NCBI GenBank assembly: GCA_043748345.1 | Contig: JAYTNJ010000086.1 | Location: 7,259-71,258 of the forward strand | Direction of reading: 5' to 3' | DNA: 64,000 nt | From: Saprospiraceae bacterium | GTDB lineage: Bacteria > Bacteroidota > Bacteroidia > Chitinophagales > Saprospiraceae | Shown: one piece after another, positions 37,972-46,200 of the stretch | Layout of the letters: the number at the start of each line of letters is the position of its first letter | Numbering within the stretch: position 1 is the first letter of the stretch | Notes under the pieces: model-generated | Databases searched by the model: none | Told to the model about the DNA's origin: nothing | Seen by the model: the letters and a program-made list of their open reading frames with translations, nothing else | Position numbers and translations under genes: made by a program

Positions 37972-38000
37972 AATTAATTAATATTAAATATTAATTAATT
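37972..38000. promoter_or_regulatory. Perfect 29-bp AT palindrome (14-bp arms, 1-nt centre) in the intergenic region
   Basis: aattaattaatatt a aatattaattaatt. It lies between the divergent efflux operon and the fibre-like gene cluster. Confidence 0.35.
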
Positions 38001-38036
38001 TTGTATATAATATTAACTACATATATTAAATTTTTT

Positions 38037-38044
38037 TACTTTTG
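38037..38044 (+). promoter_or_regulatory. Candidate -7 box TActTTTG upstream of the fibre-like gene cluster
   Basis: The only TAnnTTTG match I found in the 480-bp intergenic region on the plus strand. It is ~150 nt upstream of ATG 38192, so a long leader would be implied. Confidence 0.3.
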
Positions 38045-38191
38045 CTTTCAAATCATTTCAATTCTAATTTAGTCTTGATAATGAAGTTTTTTTCTTTACC
38101 CTTTTTGTGAGTAAAATAAAAACTGAAAACAAATCAATTGATTTATTGTTCGAGTGATTATTTTTTAGTTTTTTAAGTGCCCGTTGTAAGC

Positions 38192-38899
38192 ATGAGTTTT
38201 AAATTTTGCATTTTTTTTATACTGATGTGTTTATCAGCCAAGTTGGCTATTGCCCAAGTCAAAGTTGGTGACAACCCTACAGCCATTAACCCAAATGCTG
38301 TTTTGGAAATCGAAAGTACCAATCAAGGTGTTTTGATGCCAAGACTATCATTGCTTTCTACTATAAATCCTTCCCCACTGAATGCCCATATAGCCGGAAT
38401 GGCAGTGTACAATACTTCCACTATTGCTGATGTTTCACCTGGTTTTTATTATAATGATGGAGCTAAGTGGGTGAAATTTGCACAAAACTTTGTCGCAATA
38501 AGCGGCATAACCTTAACCCCAAATAATGAATTAAAACTAGGAGGGTCTCTAAATCAACCAACAGCTATCAACACAAATAATACCAACACACTTGCTTTAA
38601 CTGGACTAGGCGCTGGAAATGCTACTACCGATGAAGTAGTGACTATAGATCCATCGACAGGGGTATTAAAAAAATCTCCTATCTCTTCTTTGATTAAAGA
38701 AAAGCAGATGGTTATATTTTCTATAAATGGGCAAACCCAATTTCCCACCCCTTTCCCAATCACTGATATAGATAAAATAAATGTATACAGAAACGGTGCC
38801 AGAATAGGCGCAACGATTGTAAATGCCAATACTATTGTACTCGAAGCCGGAGTCATATGCGTAGCCGGTGATGAAATACGGATTGTTCAATTCAATTAA
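38192..38899 (+). CDS. Secreted fibre-like protein 1 (smallest paralogue)
   Basis: Signal peptide MSFKFCIFFILMCLSAKLAIAQ. N-terminal AVLEIESTNQGVLMPRLS...GMAVYNT...YYNDGAKWV domain. One LGG..GL.G..D.V module. C-terminal INVYRNGARIG...AGDEIRIVQFN mini-domain. Confidence 0.8.
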   Translation: MSFKFCIFFILMCLSAKLAIAQVKVGDNPTAINPNAVLEIESTNQGVLMPRLSLLSTINPSPLNAHIAGMAVYNTSTIADVSPGFYYNDGAKWVKFAQNFVAISGITLTPNNELKLGGSLNQPTAINTNNTNTLALTGLGAGNATTDEVVTIDPSTGVLKKSPISSLIKEKQMVIFSINGQTQFPTPFPITDIDKINVYRNGARIGATIVNANTIVLEAGVICVAGDEIRIVQFN

Positions 38900-38947
38900 A
38901 TATATTATTAATCTTACATTATTTTTTTTACAATTATCAAAATTCAA

Positions 38948-39826
38948 ATGAAAATGAAAAAGTATCTTTTACCTGTTTTTGCAATGGTCCTGATAGGATT
39001 TAGTGCCAATGCCCAGCTTGATTCTACCAAGGTTATTGATAACAAGGGTACCATTAAATACGTACTTAAAGCGGTTAATCCAAAAATTATCACTCAAAAT
39101 GATAGCCTTACACTGTATGTGACACCCAAACAACTGGGAGATAGCCTCAATAACTATGTCCAGTACGCAGATACTGCTGCAATGCTGATCAATTATCTGA
39201 ATAGCGTCTCGAATGGTTTAACTAAAACTGGCCAGAATGTAAAATTGGGTGGTACATTAACTGATGCTGCCACTACCATCACGACATCTGCCGGGAATCT
39301 ATTAAAAATTGCCGGTTTACAATCCGGATCAGCCACTTCCGATAGCGTCATGATGGTCGGAACCGATGGAACATTGAAAAGAATATCAGCATCTGCTCTG
39401 TTTAATGCTTTAACGTTTGAAAATGGTCTGACAAAAACAGGCAATACAATAACATTAGGAGGGGCACTAAACCAGCCAACCACAATCACCACTACAGGTA
39501 CGAATGTCTTAAAAATTGCAGGATTAGGAAGTGGCACTGCCGCTGACAGCCTTGTGGTTGTTGGTAGTGATGGTACACTGAAAAAAATTACCCAGGAGAG
39601 CCTGCTAAAAAGTGGTGAGCAAGTCTACACTGCTGCTGCACTTCAAACCATTTATAATGTTACGGATATGCCTGCAACTGTAAGTAAAGTTTGGGTATAT
39701 AGAAATGGGGCCAAACTTATTGGAGGAGAAGATTATCAAACATCCGCGGGTACAGTAACATTAACAGTTAATGTGGGACCTTTGGTTGCAGCTGGTGATA
39801 GAATCGAAGTGCAATGGGTCAAATAG
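38948..39826 (+). CDS. Secreted fibre-like protein 2
   Basis: Signal peptide ending ANAQ. Two tandem ~62-aa NGLTKTG..(I/V).LGG.L....TI.T...N.LKIAGL.SG.A.DS....G.DGTLK.I modules (about 39212-39403 and 39422-39607). C-terminal VWVYRNGAKL...AGDRIEVQWVK mini-domain homologous to protein 1. Confidence 0.8.
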   Translation: MKMKKYLLPVFAMVLIGFSANAQLDSTKVIDNKGTIKYVLKAVNPKIITQNDSLTLYVTPKQLGDSLNNYVQYADTAAMLINYLNSVSNGLTKTGQNVKLGGTLTDAATTITTSAGNLLKIAGLQSGSATSDSVMMVGTDGTLKRISASALFNALTFENGLTKTGNTITLGGALNQPTTITTTGTNVLKIAGLGSGTAADSLVVVGSDGTLKKITQESLLKSGEQVYTAAALQTIYNVTDMPATVSKVWVYRNGAKLIGGEDYQTSAGTVTLTVNVGPLVAAGDRIEVQWVK

Positions 39827-39873
39827 GTTTCTAATCTTTAAGAATTAAATTTTAATAAAGGATACTTTTTTAG

Positions 39874-41241
39874 ATGGAGTTGTTTGTAAAAATATTTCTG
39901 ACTTTGGTCTGTGTATGGTCTTTCGCTACGACTGGCTATACGCAGGTCAAGGTCATTGATCATAAGGGCAGCTTCAAATTAGTCGATTCGAGCAAATGGA
40001 CTCTGAGTGGTGTCAATATCTTCAATAAAAACAGCGGGAATGTCGGTATCGGCACCAACAATCCTCAGACAAAACTACATACTAACGGCACTATCAGATT
40101 TCAGGGATTGGGAACAAATACTTCTGATAATAGTATCCTCACCACTGATGCCAGTGGTAATGTAACGACCAGGACTTTGTCCAACTTACTCAGTGGCAAT
40201 GCTGTTACGTCACTGAACGGTTTGACAGGATCCCTCCAAACTTTGGTCATCGATTCATCGGGTACTAATTTTAATATTTTTTCGAGCGGCACTACTCATA
40301 CTTTTAATATTCCTACTGCAACTGCAACTAACAGGGGCTTATTGAAACCGTCAGACTGGACTATTTTTAATAATAAAGAAAATGCCATTTCTGCAGGTAC
40401 AACATCCCAATACTGGCGTGGAGATAAAACCTGGCAAACACTCAATACTGCAGCAGTGCCTGAACTGACCAATTTATATTTTTCTGATTCAAGGGCAAGA
40501 TCTGCGATATCTCTGACTACTACAGGTTCAAGCGGTGCAGCATCATATAACAATGTCTCCGGAGTATTAGATATTCCCATCTATAACAGAATAGACAGTA
40601 CTACAGCTTCAAACGGTATAACTCTGTCCGGAAAAGATATACGTCTCGGTGGCAACCTTACTCAAAATACCACAGTGACAAACAATGGTCAAAATCTGAC
40701 ATTTACAACCGGAGGTTCGTCTTTTAATATCACAGGATTGCCTGCAGGCACTACTACTGATAGTCTGATCACTGTAAATAATGGTCTTGTAAGGAAAATA
40801 GCAAATACATACAACCCGGCAGTTCTGGATATATATGATGCAGCAGGATCGCAAACACTTTCTACTACTCTTGCTGACTTAACTTTCGGTACCACTAATA
40901 TTGTAGATGCGGGGTACACTGTAGGGGGAAGTGGTTCACAGGTGACCATAACCAATACCGGTACATATAGGATAACCTACAGAGTTACTGTGAGAGTTAC
41001 CAATAATAACAGTTCCGGCGGAGAATTTCAGCTAACAAGAAATGGAACAGCAGTAGGAGGAAGCCTAGGTTATACATATCAGCACAATTCTGATAGATTG
41101 CAAGGTACCGTAACGGTGGTAAAACTACTGACCATAACTGCCAATGATATCATCAGAGTACAAGGTAGGAGGTATTCATCAGCCGGGAATCTGACTTTGA
41201 CCGCTGACGGTTCTTCTTTAGTTATCGAAAGAATAAAGTAA
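39874..41241 (+). CDS. Secreted tail-fibre-like protein 3 with jelly-roll-like C-terminal domain
   Basis: Signal peptide. GNVGIGTNNPQTKLHTNG, ATATNRGLLKPSDWTIFNNK and YWRGDKTWQ motifs, familiar from phage tail-fibre-like proteins. One LGG..GLPAG..DS module. C-terminal beta-rich domain (GTYRITYRVTVRV...LTRNGTAVGGS...ANDIIRVQG). Confidence 0.8.
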   Translation: MELFVKIFLTLVCVWSFATTGYTQVKVIDHKGSFKLVDSSKWTLSGVNIFNKNSGNVGIGTNNPQTKLHTNGTIRFQGLGTNTSDNSILTTDASGNVTTRTLSNLLSGNAVTSLNGLTGSLQTLVIDSSGTNFNIFSSGTTHTFNIPTATATNRGLLKPSDWTIFNNKENAISAGTTSQYWRGDKTWQTLNTAAVPELTNLYFSDSRARSAISLTTTGSSGAASYNNVSGVLDIPIYNRIDSTTASNGITLSGKDIRLGGNLTQNTTVTNNGQNLTFTTGGSSFNITGLPAGTTTDSLITVNNGLVRKIANTYNPAVLDIYDAAGSQTLSTTLADLTFGTTNIVDAGYTVGGSGSQVTITNTGTYRITYRVTVRVTNNNSSGGEFQLTRNGTAVGGSLGYTYQHNSDRLQGTVTVVKLLTITANDIIRVQGRRYSSAGNLTLTADGSSLVIERIK

Positions 41242-41246
41242 GTATC

Positions 41247-43103
41247 ATGGGACAAATATTAATTATCTCGATTTTCATATTTTTAAGAAATATCATTTAC
41301 TCGCAGACTACTGTTACGCCCGTTGAAATTTTAAATTTTCAGAATGGTACAGCTCAGGCGCGCGAAAATGATATTTATGTAGAAACTACCAATAATCAGT
41401 ATTATATAGGTCTGGCAAACGGAAAAGTTAAATTTTTGCAAGATACAGTCAGGATAAATTCTACATTGACAGGCAATGGCTCTGTTGGGAGTCCTATAGG
41501 AATAGCTCAACAAAGTGCTGCATCGGGACAAGTACTAAGCTGGAACGGATCAGCATGGGTACCTACCAATGCCGCACCTGCGACCACCACAGTCAGTAAT
41601 ACCGTGACAGCACCCAACAGTCTCAGGACTACGGTAAATGGCGTGGCAGGTGCCAACGTAAATATGATTACTAGTGTGTCAAACAGTTCTTCAGCAAACA
41701 ATCTCTCTACTTCTGTAAATGGGGTGACGGGAACCGGTGTACCCATAATAAATAGCAATACAGTATCAAGTGCATCAGGAAACATTACTAGTACAGTAAA
41801 TGGTATTAGTTCAGGAGCAATAGCCCTGGCCGGAATCACATCGACAAATTTATCAGCTACGGCAGGAATTGTTAATGCACAATTGGCCAATAGCAGTGTA
41901 ACAGTTAATGGAACTTCTATTGCTTTGGGAGGAAGTGGTACTGTTACAGCGGCACCATCCGGAACAGCTGGTGGTGATTTGACAGGAACCTACCCAAATC
42001 CGACTATAGGAACCGGAAAAGTTACTTCAACAAACATTTTGGATGGAACGGTTGCAAATGCAGATCTGTCCAATATGACCGCTCTTTCTGTAAAAGGTAA
42101 TGGTACAAACTCAGTTGCAGTGCCAATAGATATAGCAGCAGGAACTGATGGTCATATCCTAAGGAGAAGCGGTACCACACTTGGATTTGGTCAGGTAGCA
42201 ACTACAGGGATCGCAGACAATGCAATCACTTATACCAAAATTCAAAATGTAACAGCATCACGGCTTTTAGGAAATCCAACGGGAAGTTCGGCTGTTCCTT
42301 CAGAAATAACTTTAGGAACCGGATTAAGCTTTAGTGGCAGTGTACTTAATGCAGTAAATAGTGGCACAGTTACCAATGTAACTGGCACATCTCCCATATC
42401 TGTAGCCACCGGAACCACTACACCTGTTATCTCCATCACTAGAAATAACATTGTATCAGGCACCAGCTCCAATGTAGCCACCAACCCGCTTGTTCTTGAT
42501 GCAGGAGCTACTAACGCAGTGGTAGGTGGAGCCAATGCCACTTTGACAGTCAATAATACGGCACCACTCTGGAATGCTAATCAATTGCAGGGAAGGAATA
42601 TAGCTACAACCATTCCTTCAGATGGTCAAGCACTTGTTTGGAATGGTACTAATAGTAACTGGACACCATCATCAGGTATATCAAAAATATTGGTCGATGC
42701 AAATCGAATAACTACCTACAATCCTGGAGTAACCTACGCTACTATAATTTATGATAACGCTGTTATAAATGATGGGGCAGTTTATAATACTACTACTGGT
42801 ATTTTTACGGCACCTTCATCTGGTCTCTATCAAGTTATAGTTAGCAATATGTATGCCTGCGCAACCTCAGGAAATAATTCGCTAAGAGTAAGAATTATTT
42901 CAAATGGATCAACTAATATCGAAACTGCCGGTTTCATGAACTTCCAAGGGGGTGGTACATTTTCATTTAATATAAACAGCTCTACTTTTGTTATGTTAAC
43001 TGCCAACCAAACTATAAGTATCGAAGCTGGGGCAGAATCGGGTACAGTTAGTCCTGAAATCAGTACTGGTCAACATAATTTTAAAATAATCAGAATAAAC
43101 TAA
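41247..43103 (+). CDS. Secreted tail-fibre-like protein 4 with C1q/TNF-like C-terminal head
   Basis: Signal peptide. GQVLSWNGSAWVP / GQALVWNGTNSNWTP motifs. Three to four (S/T)TVNG(V/I)-type ~20-aa repeats. GDLTGTYPNPTIGTGKVTSTNILDGTVANADL-type repeats. C-terminal ..IIYDNAVINDGAVYNTTTGIFTAPSSGLYQV...RVRIISNGS...LTANQTISIE.. resembles gC1q heads. Confidence 0.8.
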   Translation: MGQILIISIFIFLRNIIYSQTTVTPVEILNFQNGTAQARENDIYVETTNNQYYIGLANGKVKFLQDTVRINSTLTGNGSVGSPIGIAQQSAASGQVLSWNGSAWVPTNAAPATTTVSNTVTAPNSLRTTVNGVAGANVNMITSVSNSSSANNLSTSVNGVTGTGVPIINSNTVSSASGNITSTVNGISSGAIALAGITSTNLSATAGIVNAQLANSSVTVNGTSIALGGSGTVTAAPSGTAGGDLTGTYPNPTIGTGKVTSTNILDGTVANADLSNMTALSVKGNGTNSVAVPIDIAAGTDGHILRRSGTTLGFGQVATTGIADNAITYTKIQNVTASRLLGNPTGSSAVPSEITLGTGLSFSGSVLNAVNSGTVTNVTGTSPISVATGTTTPVISITRNNIVSGTSSNVATNPLVLDAGATNAVVGGANATLTVNNTAPLWNANQLQGRNIATTIPSDGQALVWNGTNSNWTPSSGISKILVDANRITTYNPGVTYATIIYDNAVINDGAVYNTTTGIFTAPSSGLYQVIVSNMYACATSGNNSLRVRIISNGSTNIETAGFMNFQGGGTFSFNINSSTFVMLTANQTISIEAGAESGTVSPEISTGQHNFKIIRIN

Positions 43104-43223
43104 TATTGGAAACCATCATTATTTTACATTATAGAAAATAGTCTTAAGCCTATAGTCATTATCAAACATTTAATAAAAAAAAGTAAAGTTATTGGCACAA
43201 AAATTATCATTATAATTAACATA

Positions 43224-46200
43224 TTGATATTGTGTCACCAATTGTTCGGTCAATCCGCTACAAAAGGCATTACATTTGTCCACGGCACTAAGGAAATGAC
43301 TATTTTCAGAGCTCACAGTTTTATCAATGGTGGCTCTGGTCTTTTGCCCGGTATTGTGGGTACAAAACGAAATGGTCCCACATTCCTTTCATTTGCAGGC
43401 AACGCTTCAGTTGCCAATGTTTCAGATGGAGCCCACGTAGACGGTTATGTCAAAAACTACAATATCCCTAATTTTATCTTTCCTGTCGGAGATAATGGAG
43501 TTTATGGGCCTGTAGGAATTGACGCAACAACTTTATCTTCGCCTGTCACATCTGCGTATTTCAGAGCTAATCCTGATGTTGCTGTTACTTCTTCAGTGCT
43601 GGGGGGGAATGAGCTTCCTCTGCCTGCAGGGGCGCCTTTCTCCACATTATCAATGGGCATAGGGATTATTAAAGTAAGTAAAATCGAATATTGGGACTTA
43701 AATGGTACATCGCCAGTCAAAATAACTCTATACTGGAACTCTGGCTCTCAGATAAATACCCTGACCGGAAATATGCTTTCTTCACTGCGGTTATCAGGAT
43801 GGGACGGTTCAAAATGGGTCGAGATTCCAGCTGCCATTAATTTGGGTTCTTCGTTGGTATCAGGAAGTATTACCTCAAACACTGCTTTAGCACCGAATCA
43901 ATATAATGTTTACACTTTTGGGTCCACTGATTGTGTCAATAAATCTTTACTTACTATCTCTGATCTGAGTTGCAATGGAAGTACTTACAATATTTCTTTT
44001 TTAAGTAATGGAGCATTTGTAACAACAAGTGCAGGAACCATCAGCGGAAATAGTATCCTAAATATACCAATAGGCACCAATGTAACATTATCGGCAGATA
44101 ACGGACTGGGCTGTCTCAACAGGATAGTAGTTACAGGGCCTAAAAGCTGTACCGACAACTGTATTTTACCTATTTTTTCTGTGGGTCAGGCTATTTGCAA
44201 TGGCCCGGGAAGCACCACTTACAGGGTAAGTTTTTCTGAGCTTTCAGGGGCTACCATCAGTACAAATGCCGGAATAAGATCAGGAAATATTATTAATAAT
44301 ATACCCATTGGAACAAATCTAATGATTACTGCTTCAAATTCTTCATGCAATTTTTCATACACCATAACTAGTCCTGCAAGTTGTACCAATCCTTGTGAAA
44401 ATCCAAGAATCAGTATCAGCGGACCATTTTGTTCTCCAGATATCTCCAATTATTATGTCAATTACGTCTCAATACCTGGAGCTACTGTTAGTTCTGATTT
44501 TGGTGCAGTAAAACCTGGACAGATCACAGACATTCCATACAATATCAAATCTACCATCATAGTAAGATATCCTGGCTGCCCGGATCAAACTTTGGAAATA
44601 TTGCCACCTGTATGTAAAAACACATCTGCTTTAGGAGAATTTGTTTGGCATGATCTTAATGCAAATGGTCAGCAGGATCCTGGAGAACATGGATTTCCCG
44701 GACTTCAAATTAACTTATTTCGGGCCAGTGGAGCATATATAACTACAACTTTTACCAATCCCTTGGGTAAATATTTATTTGAAAATTTATACCCGGGGAG
44801 TTATTACTTGGAATTTAAGACCCCTGCCGGTTTTGAACGTACATTTTCCAATAGAGGAAATGACAATACTGATAATGATATCGACGGTATCAATGGCCCT
44901 GGTACCACATCTGCCACTCTGTTGACACTGGATGAAAAAGATTTTACTTTATCAGCCGGTTTTTATAAATGTGTGCCAGTAGGAGATCTTGTCTGGTATG
45001 ACATAAATAAAAATGACGTTTGGGATTCTAATGAAAATGGCATCAATGGATTAATAGTAAATCTTTGGCGAAATAATTCCGGCTCCTGGGATATTTACGA
45101 TTTTAAATATACGGGACAAAAGCCTGGAACACCTTCTGATGATGGATACTTTTTGTTTTGTGCACCCCCGGGAGAATATTATCTGGAAGTAATTATGCCT
45201 CCATTAGGTTTGGTCAGGGCAAGGCCAAATATAGGAAACAATGAGGAATTTGACAGCGATATCAAATCCAATGGTTCTTCTGATATTTTCCAGTTGATAT
45301 CCGGACAGACAAAAACTGATTTTGGCGCAGGATTTTACCCAATGGCATTAGCCGGAAACCTCGTGTGGAAAGACAATAATGTAAATGGGATACAAGATGC
45401 AAATGAACCAAGGGTACCTGGTATTAAAGTTGAAGCCATAGAATTAGGTACCGGAAAGGTCGTAAGGACTACTTTTACCAATGATGATGGTATTTATAAA
45501 ATTGAATATCTGGAAAAACAGCAATATTATATTCGTTTTGCCCCACCTTCAGGATTTGGAGCTACTGTTCCGAGAGCTACCAGTGATAATCTGGACAGCG
45601 ATGTTGACCATAGTTATGGCCCTTATACTACCCGTGGCTTTTTGTTTGAGCCTGGATTAGCAAATGACAACATTGATATGGGTCTGGCTTTTGGTGTACT
45701 ACCTGTTGATTGGTTGGACATCTACGCAAGGAGAGTTAATAATTCCCATATCATATCCTGGAGTGTTTCGGGTGAAGTAAATGTAAGCCATTACCTGGTA
45801 GAAAGGAGGAGAAATAATGAAAATGATTTCCGACCAATATCGGGTAAGGTAGATGCTAAAGGAAACTCAAATCAACTTCATAACTATGATTATACTGATA
45901 GCGATTCTGAAAGTCCGGGCACTTATTATTACAGGGTTAAACAGGTAGATTTTGATGGTCAGTTTACATACAGTAATGTGGTCAAACTGGATTTTTTAGA
46001 AGAAAATCAAGTTCGTTTATATCCAAATCCTGCCAGAAGCGAAACTAGTGTTCAGATTTCATTGGCTCATGACGCAGAGGTATTAATCGAAATGTATGAT
46101 GGGGCTTCAAAACTTGTGAAAGTATTTAAGTTTGCCGAAGTTCAGAAATCAGGTGAGAAAACTTATGTCTTAAATCTGGAGGATGTCCCTGTAGGAGCAT

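Noticed and set aside
39193-42553. Multiple long antisense ORFs (for example 39193-39537, 40296-40580, 41507-41890, 42242-42553) opposite the fibre genes.
   Set aside because: They are by-products of the strongly biased codon composition (Thr/Gly/Asn/Ser-rich, few stops on the reverse frames). They have no start context or signal sequence and are wholly contained in better-supported plus-strand genes.
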